From Pseudobacteriovorax antillogorgiicola (lineage in GTDB: Bacteria > Bdellovibrionota_B > Oligoflexia > Oligoflexales > RGVZ01): a stretch of DNA of 38,740 nt. This document shows positions 9,307 to 17,546 of the stretch, piece by piece. The stretch covers positions 1 to 38,740 of the forward strand of contig CAMDGW010000001.1 in assembly GCA_945897695.1 (NCBI GenBank), written 5' to 3'. The position numbers and the translations under genes are program-made. Positions within the stretch are counted from its first letter, which is position 1, and every line of letters starts with the position of its first letter. The notes under the pieces were generated by a model. The model did not search any database and was not told where the DNA came from. It worked only from the letters and a program-made list of their open reading frames with translations.

Positions 9307-9822
9307 GTGCCTGAAGTTTTAAGCGAGACATTTCATCTAGAAAAAAGCTTTTGCTCGCGAAGGGCTAAAGACCTAATTGAAGACGGCCTCAAGGCGGCGA
9401 GTCAGGGGCTCTATGATAGGGCAACGCGCCGATTCAAAGACAGCATGCGCCTTGAGAGATCTGCGGAAGCTTTGACCTACTGGGCTTGGGTAGAGTCGTC
9501 GAAAGGTAATCTTCACGTGGCGGCTCATCTTTGTCGGGAGGCGCTTCGAATCGATCATGAATTTGGAAATGCTGCTAACGACCTGGGATCCTACCTTGCA
9601 GCCTTGGGTGACACTTCCGGCGCGATTACTTATTTTGAACGCGCAAAAAAATCAGAGCGTTATAGCTCTAGGCATTTCCCCTACATGAATTTGGGCCGGA
9701 TTTATCTGGATCGTCGTGAGTATTGGAAGGCTTTCAAAGAGTACCGCGAGGCAAATAAAATCTGCCCTGATGATCAAAACATCAGGGCAGCATTGAGCGA
9801 AATAGAGAAGTATATTATTTAA
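9307..9822 (+). CDS. TPR-repeat protein
   Basis: Repeated TPR-like helices (GNAANDLGSYLAALGDTSGAITYFERA, YMNLGRIYLDRREYWKAFKEYREA). The ORF is open from 9244. The in-frame GTG at 9307 is preceded by agggag. Confidence 0.65.
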   Translation: MPEVLSETFHLEKSFCSRRAKDLIEDGLKAASQGLYDRATRRFKDSMRLERSAEALTYWAWVESSKGNLHVAAHLCREALRIDHEFGNAANDLGSYLAALGDTSGAITYFERAKKSERYSSRHFPYMNLGRIYLDRREYWKAFKEYREANKICPDDQNIRAALSEIEKYII

Positions 9823-10020
9823 TCAGTTTGGCTTGTCGTCACGAATCTGATCCGACACGAGGCCCAGAAGCTGGCTGGAGACGCAGATGATGTCTTTAGC
9901 TTGGCAGCCTTCACTTTGAAGTTGCTTAAAGATGGCATCAGCCAGGCTGCGGACAGCCTTATCGTTTAGGTTCTGGGTTGCAGATGAGGTTGATTTTGGT
10001 GCTTGAGCATTCATAGACAT
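9823..10020 (-). CDS. Small hypothetical protein (65 aa)
   Basis: Perfect SD ggagga (10028-10033) lies 7 nt upstream of the ATG at 10020. No family recognised. The predicted helical C-terminal half reads LADAIFKQLQSEGCQAKDIICVSSQLLGLV. Confidence 0.55.
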   Translation of the reverse strand: MSMNAQAPKSTSSATQNLNDKAVRSLADAIFKQLQSEGCQAKDIICVSSQLLGLVSDQIRDDKPN

Positions 10021-10336
10021 AAGAAATCCTCCGTTGGTGAGCTGGCGATTCCACTGGGCTAAGCCGCGTACTAATGACGGCTTTTCTGCTCAGTCGTTTA
10101 CCGCTCCATGTCTTTAATGATACAAGGAATGTACCAGATGCTCAGGCTGATGTTAAGACGTTAGTGATCATGCTAATTTTTATTAAATTCAGTAATTTCA
10201 TATGGTTATTTATTTTCCAAAGAAAATTTAGAGCGATACCTGTAACTAAAAAGACACAATGCTAGTGGATAAAGTCTGTCACCAATAAGCCACGCCGTAA
10301 CCTAACCGCTTGCAATCATTCAGGGAAAAACCTTTC

Positions 10337-11194
10337 ATGCTAAAAGACTCCGTTCGCACCTTGGGTCTGCTCCCTCAAAACACTCTAAGTTATGCCGTTG
10401 GGGTCGTGGTGCGCGTGAGCCTTCCAGCTCCCTTGCAAGAGCTGATCAACAAGGCATTTGTCAAACTTTTTAAGATCAACATGAGCGAGGCTGAACGGCC
10501 GCTCACCGCATACAGGTCCATCGAAGATATTTTCACCAGAGCACTGAAACCAAATCAGCGCACCGTCGAGGGGGCCTACGTTTCCTCTGCAGACGGGGTC
10601 CTTGAGATGTCAAGGCCAGCCGTCTCCGGTGATGAGGCCATTCAGGCCAAAGGAATCACCTACTCGCTGTCAGAGCTTGTGTTTGGCAAAGCCCAAAAGG
10701 CGTTTGCGGCCAAATGGTATACGACCGTTTATTTGGCGCCCCACAACTATCACCGGGTACACGCTCCGTTTGCGGGTCGAGTGACGGGGCTGCGCTATAT
10801 CCCTGGAAGGCTATGGCCTGTAAATCGTCCAGCGGTTCAAGCTGTAAGTCAGCTTTTTTGCCGCAACGAACGTCTCGTGTTTGATTTTGAACTCGAAGGT
10901 GGTGGCAAAGCCTGGGTGGTCATGGTCGGCGCTTTTAACGTGGGCCGGATGTCGACTCCCATTAAGCCTGATTTTGTCACCAATGCCGTTTACTCCCTTC
11001 TCCATATGGCGCCAAAACCTCTTGAGTTGGCAATCTCGCAGCCAATTGGCATCAAAGCCGGGGAAGAGATTGGTACGTTTATGCTTGGCTCGACGACAGT
11101 TGTCGTCTTAGATGAGAAGGCCTTTGAGAGGCTAAAGCCCCGAGATATTCATCAGTCTCAGAAAGTATCTATGGGTCAAGGTTTGTCACAGTAG
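10337..11194 (+). CDS. psd: Phosphatidylserine decarboxylase proenzyme
   Basis: Motifs YLAPHNYHRVHAP and GAFNVG, and the self-cleavage motif FMLGSTTVVVL (LGST). The ORF track starts at TTG 10310. I prefer ATG 10337. Confidence 0.9.
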   Translation: MLKDSVRTLGLLPQNTLSYAVGVVVRVSLPAPLQELINKAFVKLFKINMSEAERPLTAYRSIEDIFTRALKPNQRTVEGAYVSSADGVLEMSRPAVSGDEAIQAKGITYSLSELVFGKAQKAFAAKWYTTVYLAPHNYHRVHAPFAGRVTGLRYIPGRLWPVNRPAVQAVSQLFCRNERLVFDFELEGGGKAWVVMVGAFNVGRMSTPIKPDFVTNAVYSLLHMAPKPLELAISQPIGIKAGEEIGTFMLGSTTVVVLDEKAFERLKPRDIHQSQKVSMGQGLSQ

Positions 11195-11258
11195 CTGTGG
11201 TCTGCGATACTAACGTGATAGGTTTTTTGCCATTGATTCCCCGGAGGCGCGTAAATCC

Positions 11259-12689
11259 GTGATTGAAGAAAATGCTCCCCACACCAAAATGGTCTGGTCG
11301 TTCTCAAGCCAGGTTCTTGATGAAGCTTTAGCTCGCCGTATTGCAAATGAGAAAGTCACGGCACTTCGCCTTGTGTTTCATGGTGATGCCGAAGATCGTA
11401 TTCCAAAGTTTATTGAGCAATTTCGTCGTGCCCGCAGCCCTCATGCAGCAGAGCAGGCCTCGATCATGGTGGATTTATCATATGGAGCTCGCGCACAACT
11501 GGCCGACCTGCAGGAGCCAACCGAAGTGCAGTTTGGCGAAAAGCTCACGATGTCACCCGTTTCAGCCAAGGCCGACACACGCTTTAAGGTGCAAGTCCGT
11601 TATTGGGACGGCCTCTTCCGAGAGGGGGCAATGGTCTATATGGGCTATGGCCACGTCGTTTTAAAAGTGAAATCCCTCAGCAAAAACCAAGTGGAACTGG
11701 ACGTCATCCAAGGTGGCACAGTTTATCCGAATATGGAGATTCATATCCCAGAAACGCGCGCCAAACGCGGTCTCGATAGTATCGAGGACAAACATCTTCA
11801 AAAAATTTGTGATCTGCATGTTGAGTACTTAGTGCTTCCTGGAATTACTGACCCTCAGGAAGTTCAGACCTTTCAAAACCGCATTGAAAAAATGACAAAA
11901 GATCCTCCGTGGCTCATTTTAAGAATTGATTCCATCGATGCTTATAAACGCCTTGATGACCTCTTGCCTGTTGTCGATGGAATTCTCATTAGTCGTCGTG
12001 AGCTCGCGTTGACAACTAATCCGGTTACCATTCCCATGCTTACCAAAGAGATCAATCAGAAGGCTGACGATTACGCAAAGATTGTTTTGACGGCAAGTGA
12101 AATGCTTGGCTCCATGCGTCGCGGCCCCACGCCAACGAGAGCAGAAGTTAGTGACATTGCGAACGCTATTAATGACGGAAGTGATGCTTTGGTGCTTTCG
12201 GAGGAGGTGGCTCACGGGCCATTTGCTGTCCAGGCATTAGAGGTGATGGGGCGGATCATCGAAGACACCGAAAAGCGCAGCGCTGAAGAGCTTAACTGGA
12301 TGAAGCTAACGCCTTCAATCGAAACAGAAATGGATGCAATTGCCTACAACGCCTACCTCACCGCAGAACGAGTGAGAGCAAAAGCCATTGTCTGTGTCAC
12401 CAAAGAAGGAAATACGGCACTTAGACTTGCTAGCTACCGAGCTCCTGTGCCCGTCATCGCCGTTACTTTTAGTGATCGCGTCGCAAGGAAACTTTCTTTG
12501 GCTCGCGGTGTCCAGTCTTTGGTATTACGTATGGATCCCAATATCGGGGAAGTGCTGCCGATCGTTAACGATCAGCTCGTTCGGCAAAGCTGGCTCAAGC
12601 CTGGAGATAAAATTGTTTTCGTATCGATTACGTTGTCTTCAGTGAGTGCCAGAGGAAGTAACCTCTTTACCGTACAACGGCTTCAGTGA
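11259..12689 (+). CDS. Divergent pyruvate kinase family protein
   Basis: Clear PK core: ASEMLGSMRRGPTPTRAEVSDIANAINDGSDALVLSEEVAHGPFAVQALEVM, plus a PK C-terminal domain (AIVCVTKEGNTALRLASYRAPVPVIAVT). Several canonical catalytic motifs are substituted; see findings. GTG start. Confidence 0.75.
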   Translation: MIEENAPHTKMVWSFSSQVLDEALARRIANEKVTALRLVFHGDAEDRIPKFIEQFRRARSPHAAEQASIMVDLSYGARAQLADLQEPTEVQFGEKLTMSPVSAKADTRFKVQVRYWDGLFREGAMVYMGYGHVVLKVKSLSKNQVELDVIQGGTVYPNMEIHIPETRAKRGLDSIEDKHLQKICDLHVEYLVLPGITDPQEVQTFQNRIEKMTKDPPWLILRIDSIDAYKRLDDLLPVVDGILISRRELALTTNPVTIPMLTKEINQKADDYAKIVLTASEMLGSMRRGPTPTRAEVSDIANAINDGSDALVLSEEVAHGPFAVQALEVMGRIIEDTEKRSAEELNWMKLTPSIETEMDAIAYNAYLTAERVRAKAIVCVTKEGNTALRLASYRAPVPVIAVTFSDRVARKLSLARGVQSLVLRMDPNIGEVLPIVNDQLVRQSWLKPGDKIVFVSITLSSVSARGSNLFTVQRLQ

Positions 12690-12748
12690 TTTGGTTGCTT
12701 GCTGGACGTGGTAATCCTGATAACCCAAGACTTTGTGGAGAACTTTTG

Positions 12749-13813
12749 ATGCCAACAAAGATTCTACTCATGGTATTTCTTGGTGTTTTTTCCAATAGGG
12801 CCTTGGCTCAGGCCTTAGCGCCTCCCAGGGGGCCTGTAAGTTCTGAGCATGATGAAGTTCCATTATCACCTCCGCCACCATTTAAGGGCTCGGCAGGGCC
12901 AGGGATGAAAAAATTTGGTCAGCCAGCACCTGTGCAAGGGTTTTATGGCCTTCTTGACCTTAAACACACGGTAAATGATTACTTTTCCGAAGGTGGCAAC
13001 CGCGTAAGGCGAGATCCAGCGCTGCATGCCAAGCTTCGGATCGGTGGAAAGTTTTACGGTGAGACACTTGACGTTAGTGCAGGCTTTGGTGGTACCAAGC
13101 TGCCAGCGTCTCAGCGTGTTTATCAAAACCGTCCAGACGTGATGGTCGATGTCTATCCAATCAAAGGGCGATTGGTAAACCTGATGGTTTACGGCAATGC
13201 AATGTTTCCTGTGCGATCAACTGATCTCGATCCCACCGAGTTTTCAGATGGAGACCGTTATGATCAAGACTACCGCCGTGCTATGGATGCTACCATTTTA
13301 ACGGCCGGCGCAGCGACCAATCTTAAACTTGAGACCTATACAAAATTCGGGCGGTTTTTTGCTAGAGTGGGTGCCGATGCATGGACCAGAATGTATTCAA
13401 AGCCTCTTTATATCGAAGAAGGTGATGGGTCGCGAGAGTTGGGCCTAGTTGACCAAACTGCTCCTGCAATCACTCGTCGCTTTGAAGATCGCGCCATGCG
13501 CTACGTGCATCAGCAATCGGGGGCCATCGGCTATTCTCCGACCTTCTTGCCAAGGCTTGAAGCTGAGGTTGCCGGATATTCTGAGTCTCGCTATCTGCCG
13601 AAATACTCATTCAGAGACGAGAGCGCCTCGTGGGACTATGTCTACGAGCCAGAGCGTGTATCGTTCACCAGATTTAAGGTCGCAATGGATTTGACGTCAT
13701 CCACTACGATTTCCAATGAGCTTTATTATTTACGCAATGGATTTTTTGCCGAAGATCGCATAAACCAAGAGAGGCGCTTTAAAAACATATTGCGCCTTGC
13801 GATTAAGCTTTAA
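12749..13813 (+). CDS. Secreted hypothetical protein
   Basis: Signal peptide MPTKILLMVFLGVFSNRALAQA. No domain recognised. The ORF track opens at 12686, overlapping the PK-like stop (GTGA). ATG 12749 gives a normal signal peptide. Confidence 0.6.
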   Translation: MPTKILLMVFLGVFSNRALAQALAPPRGPVSSEHDEVPLSPPPPFKGSAGPGMKKFGQPAPVQGFYGLLDLKHTVNDYFSEGGNRVRRDPALHAKLRIGGKFYGETLDVSAGFGGTKLPASQRVYQNRPDVMVDVYPIKGRLVNLMVYGNAMFPVRSTDLDPTEFSDGDRYDQDYRRAMDATILTAGAATNLKLETYTKFGRFFARVGADAWTRMYSKPLYIEEGDGSRELGLVDQTAPAITRRFEDRAMRYVHQQSGAIGYSPTFLPRLEAEVAGYSESRYLPKYSFRDESASWDYVYEPERVSFTRFKVAMDLTSSTTISNELYYLRNGFFAEDRINQERRFKNILRLAIKL

Positions 13814-13828
13814 TCGACGTTGGGTCAA

Positions 13829-14422
13829 ATGGCATCGGATCTTTTTATTGAAATTGAGCATAAGTTTATCGTCGGCAGCGACTTTGACCAGGTTGGTTTT
13901 CAGAAAAAACTTGCCAGCCTCTCACCTGGTCGGCAGTCGAAAGTTTCGGTGCGAGACACGTATTTTGTTCTGGGCCATGATCAACGCCACATTTATCGAC
14001 ACAGATTTGACAAAGAAATTCAGCAGCTAACCGTGAAGTCGGTGGAGTCCGATACGGCTGTCAGGACTGAAATTAATTTGCCTATCGACCAGTCGAAAGG
14101 CGATCAAGGGGCCGCAGTGACAGCCTTTATGAAGGCCCTGGGTGCCGTCTGGTCAGGTGTTCTTGCCAAAGACATACAGGTCGCCTACTTTGACGACTGC
14201 GAGATTGTGTTTTACCGCGCCTCCAATGGAAATGATGCGGTATATTGTGTTGAATTTGAGGCTCTGAATCCTGTTTCCGTCGATGAGGGTCTTAAGGTTT
14301 TGGCGCGCTATGAAAGTAAGCTTGGTTTTAATCCAGACAATAGAGACGGCCGGAGTTTATTTGAATTGCTCCTGATGAGCAGAGCTCCAGCCGAGATTCA
14401 GTCAATGTTTTTAATGAGATGA
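13829..14422 (+). CDS. CYTH-domain protein (triphosphate tunnel metalloenzyme family)
   Basis: N-terminal ExExK signature in FIEIEHKFIV. About 200 aa, consistent with a stand-alone CYTH protein. Confidence 0.65.
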   Translation: MASDLFIEIEHKFIVGSDFDQVGFQKKLASLSPGRQSKVSVRDTYFVLGHDQRHIYRHRFDKEIQQLTVKSVESDTAVRTEINLPIDQSKGDQGAAVTAFMKALGAVWSGVLAKDIQVAYFDDCEIVFYRASNGNDAVYCVEFEALNPVSVDEGLKVLARYESKLGFNPDNRDGRSLFELLLMSRAPAEIQSMFLMR

Positions 14423-14451
14423 ATGTCATAGGACGTTTAGCAGGAGGTGTT

Positions 14452-14883
14452 ATGGGACTCAAAGATCGCATTCAAGAAGACATTAAAACGGCTATGAAAA
14501 GTAAGGACGCGGCGCGACTAAGTGTGCTCCGGATGGTGATGGCAGACATCAAAAATCGCCAAGCCCAGGTGAACCTGCGTGAAGAACTGGCTGAAGACGA
14601 GGTGCTGAAGGTTGTTAGCGCTTATCAAAAAAAACTGACAAAAAGCCTTGAAGAATATCCTGCTGGCGATGCTCGCAATGCTCTTCTAGGAGAGATCAAA
14701 GTTGTCGAAGAGTACCTTCCGAAGAAGGCCTCTGAAGACGAAACTCGGGCAGCAGTTGACAAAGTTTTAGCGGCAACAGCCGATCGAAATATGGGAAGCA
14801 TCATGAAGCTTGTGATGGCGGAATTGAATGGAGCAGGGGACGGACGTTTGGTAAGTCAGCTAATTAAAGATAAAATATCATAA
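14452..14883 (+). CDS. yqeY: GatB/YqeY domain protein
   Basis: MGLKDRIQEDIKTAMKSKDAARLSVLRMVMADIKN is the typical YqeY N-terminus. SD aggagg lies 5 nt upstream of ATG 14452. The ORF is open from 14419. Confidence 0.85.
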   Translation: MGLKDRIQEDIKTAMKSKDAARLSVLRMVMADIKNRQAQVNLREELAEDEVLKVVSAYQKKLTKSLEEYPAGDARNALLGEIKVVEEYLPKKASEDETRAAVDKVLAATADRNMGSIMKLVMAELNGAGDGRLVSQLIKDKIS

Positions 14884-14899
14884 ATTTCCGGTTATTGTG

Positions 14900-14927
14900 C
14901 TCCCCACCGGGGGAGTTTTCTTTTTTG
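14900..14927 (+). terminator. Rho-independent terminator ending the psd-to-yqeY gene run
   Basis: Stem ctcccc (14900-14905), loop accg, stem ggggag (14910-14915), followed by ttttcttttttg. Confidence 0.85.
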
Positions 14928-14963
14928 TGAATGCTGTAATTTCTTAAATTTTCCCAAAAATTC

Positions 14964-15006
14964 TAGCCACAAGATTTCTGTCAGGAGTTCTTGTGGCTAT
15001 TTTATT
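14964..15006. other. Second strong hairpin with T-runs on both sides (bidirectional-terminator-like)
   Basis: 10-bp perfect stem, tagccacaag (14964-14973) pairing with cttgtggcta (14990-14999). It is followed by ttttatt on the plus strand and preceded by aaaaatt, which reads as a T-run on the minus strand. Confidence 0.5.
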
Positions 15007-15157
15007 AGGTCAAACTAACGTCAGTCGTGCCATACGGGATATAATAAAAGAGTGAAATTGTGTTGATCCGCTTCAAAACGGCTCATGAAAAAAAAGCTTT
15101 GACCGATAACCAAATAGTGTTGAGTTGAGATTTTTTTGCGAAGACAAGAATTTGATT

Positions 15158-17512
15158 ATGAAGAAGAACTTCAAAATTAAAAATTCAGCAGCCAAATTGC
15201 TTCTACTGGCTCTTTGTGCGCAGCCGTTGTCTTTATTAGCGGCGAATGCCGACTGGCTTGCAATCGAGCTGGATACAATATCATTAAGAGAAGATCCGTC
15301 GGCAGCGCGAATGGTCGGCGACAAATTTTTTGAAGACTCCGTCTCAGCAGTTATCGACTTTTCGCAAAGCATTCGATCTGCAATAAGCGCAGATGGTTCA
15401 AAGAATCAAGACCGCCATAGTGCAGTTTTCTCCGATAAGCCTTTGCCTGCGGACGCGTGGATGAAAAATATCCCTAAAGCGCAGATCATTACAAACTCTT
15501 TGGCCTTGAATCCAGGACAGCACAAAATTCGTTGCCACCTTGAAAAAGTATCTTCAAAAATTTCTTGTAATGATTCCAAGAAAACTGTGATTCAGTCGGC
15601 ATCGACAACTTCACAACCCGTGATTGCCTTTTACAACAAAACTATCAGTGATCAACTGGCTCGCCAAAGCAAGCTGCCCTCAAAAAATTCTACAGCCATT
15701 GTTCAAGAGAAAGTTCTCAGTTCGCCAAGTGGTGAAGACATCGTACTCGTGGAAAAAAACGAGGGCCTTGTTGGAGTTGTGGGAGATCTGATTGAGTTTG
15801 AAGCTCCTTTGATGGCACGTCGAGTGTCGCTAAGTCCAAAGATGAAAGATCGCGAATGGTCTCTTTTTGTGAGAGATAACGCGGCCATTAATTGGGATGA
15901 AACAAGCAAACGTCTAACAGCCTTGAAGGCAGGGGACTCAGAACTATTTGTCGTCACGCCTGGACGCATTAGTATTATCAAGTTACACGTCAAAGGCGCG
16001 CAAGCGGTATCGACATCATTGGTGGCTGCGGCCAAGAGTCAGAAAAATTCTGGCTTTGAAGTTTCGTCGTCTCTAGCAAGTCTTGATGGACTAGATTATG
16101 CAGCGACGCGAGGTTCATGGAGCGGCAGCCACGGCGGCATTAGCTCAACAGCGCCTGATCTTGCGGTTTCAGATGAGGTGGCTCAGCTCGGCCACTCTGG
16201 AGTGTCGAGTTCATCAGCTTTTGCCCGAGCTAAATCAAAAGTGTCCTTTGTTCCCGTGACAATAAAAGTCATAGACGATCGTTCACTTCCTGGGGGGGCC
16301 AATTTTCCACTCAGCGGAATCCGCGTCAAAATAGCTGGCACTGAGTTCAGCGAGCTGACAAACGCTCGTGGTGAAATTGAAGTGCGAGATGTCCCGATTG
16401 GTGCCCGATTGTTATTGGATTTATCGGATGAACGCAGTCATATCATGCCACAGATGTCAGAGTTGTACGTGGCAGCTGATGCGAACACAGGCAAAATACC
16501 TACGGCCACCGTCATTGCTCGAAGATTTGCCTCTCTTGATCTTGCCGCAAGGTCGGTGGGCGTTGTGCAAGATATGAGGAAATCAAGCTTTTGCGGATCT
16601 CTCGCCAATGGAGCCTTGCCAGCTTCAGGATATACAGTCAGTGTGGATGTTGCCGCAACTGGGCCCTTTTATTTCAATCATCTTGGATTTGCGGATGTGC
16701 GCGCAGGTTTGACCAGTTATGACGGGCGTTTTTGTTTCTTTAATGTCGAACCTGGTCCAGTTACTGTTGGGATTCGAGCTCAAAACTCAAGTGACGTTCT
16801 ATCCACAGTTGTTGGCGCAGTTGCCAGTCGTCATCTAGAAGAGCGGTTTAATTTAGCCGACGCGAAGTTTTTATCTGCAAATTTGGCAGCAGTGGCCGCA
16901 GCAAATGAGCAGCTGGGTGCTGATTCCGTGCGTGCCAACCGTCACGACTTGGTTGAATCGGGAGATGTTTACGCGGTGGGAAGTGGAGACATGATGGTTC
17001 CTCTTGATGACGGACGCCTGACCACACCGTCGCCTGTGCTTCCATTTAAAGGCCGAGTCTTGACTGTAACAAGTTCCACTGATTTTGAGACGACCGTGCA
17101 AACGCTATCGTCAGACGGTGCAAACGTAGGCCAGGTTCTAAAGATGGTACCCAACGGATTTGTAAATGACATGTCCTACTTTGCGCATACGACCCATAGC
17201 CCGGATCTTGGGAGTGTTGTTGTGGAGCATGGTCATCTTGGAGGTCAGGGACAGCAATCAGTAAAAATGCGACTCATAGATCCGTTTGGACGTGACGCTG
17301 GTGATGGTTGGTATTTTGCCGACCAGCCTGTATCAAAAGCCGTCTTTTTCAATGTCGCACCAGGAATCTACTCGTTGATTATTGAAACAGATACCGGGCA
17401 CTGGATTGCTGCCGATACAGTGATTGTCTACAGCGAATCAGTTTCGTTTGCAAAAACAGGAAATAACGTCGAACGACGCGTTATCCCGCGAGCAAGTACT
17501 TCAGTGGAGTAG
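15158..17512 (+). CDS. Large secreted multi-domain hypothetical protein (Big_2-like plus carboxypeptidase-regulatory-like beta-sandwich repeats)
   Basis: Signal peptide MKKNFKIKNSAAKLLLLALCAQPLSLLAANA. LTALKAGDSELFVVTPG resembles bacterial Ig-like group 2. Three segments resemble CarboxypepD_reg folds: VTIKVIDDRS...GIRVKIAG...ARGEIEVRDVPIG, GRFCFFNVEPGPVTVGI and VFFNVAPGIYSLII. Confidence 0.6.
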   Translation: MKKNFKIKNSAAKLLLLALCAQPLSLLAANADWLAIELDTISLREDPSAARMVGDKFFEDSVSAVIDFSQSIRSAISADGSKNQDRHSAVFSDKPLPADAWMKNIPKAQIITNSLALNPGQHKIRCHLEKVSSKISCNDSKKTVIQSASTTSQPVIAFYNKTISDQLARQSKLPSKNSTAIVQEKVLSSPSGEDIVLVEKNEGLVGVVGDLIEFEAPLMARRVSLSPKMKDREWSLFVRDNAAINWDETSKRLTALKAGDSELFVVTPGRISIIKLHVKGAQAVSTSLVAAAKSQKNSGFEVSSSLASLDGLDYAATRGSWSGSHGGISSTAPDLAVSDEVAQLGHSGVSSSSAFARAKSKVSFVPVTIKVIDDRSLPGGANFPLSGIRVKIAGTEFSELTNARGEIEVRDVPIGARLLLDLSDERSHIMPQMSELYVAADANTGKIPTATVIARRFASLDLAARSVGVVQDMRKSSFCGSLANGALPASGYTVSVDVAATGPFYFNHLGFADVRAGLTSYDGRFCFFNVEPGPVTVGIRAQNSSDVLSTVVGAVASRHLEERFNLADAKFLSANLAAVAAANEQLGADSVRANRHDLVESGDVYAVGSGDMMVPLDDGRLTTPSPVLPFKGRVLTVTSSTDFETTVQTLSSDGANVGQVLKMVPNGFVNDMSYFAHTTHSPDLGSVVVEHGHLGGQGQQSVKMRLIDPFGRDAGDGWYFADQPVSKAVFFNVAPGIYSLIIETDTGHWIAADTVIVYSESVSFAKTGNNVERRVIPRASTSVE

Positions 17513-17546
17513 CGAGATTTTCTCGTTAATTTCGTGCTCTTGTGAA

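Noticed and set aside
10021-10110. Possible sigma-54 promoter (tggaatcgccagct on the minus strand) upstream of the 65-aa orphan gene
   Set aside because: The GG-to-GC spacing is off by 2 nt relative to the TGGCAC-N5-TTGC consensus, and the flanking bases do not match.
10074-10265. 63-aa plus-strand ORF in the AT-rich spacer
   Set aside because: There is no SD. The hydrophobic I/F/L-rich translation is what AT-rich DNA yields by composition. The ORF would sit across the likely divergent promoter region.
12686-12748. GTG start at 12686 for the secreted hypothetical protein (GTGA overlap with the PK-like stop)
   Set aside because: It would put 21 non-signal residues in front of a textbook signal peptide. 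ATG 12749, with a nearby ggaga, is more plausible. Translational coupling cannot be fully excluded.
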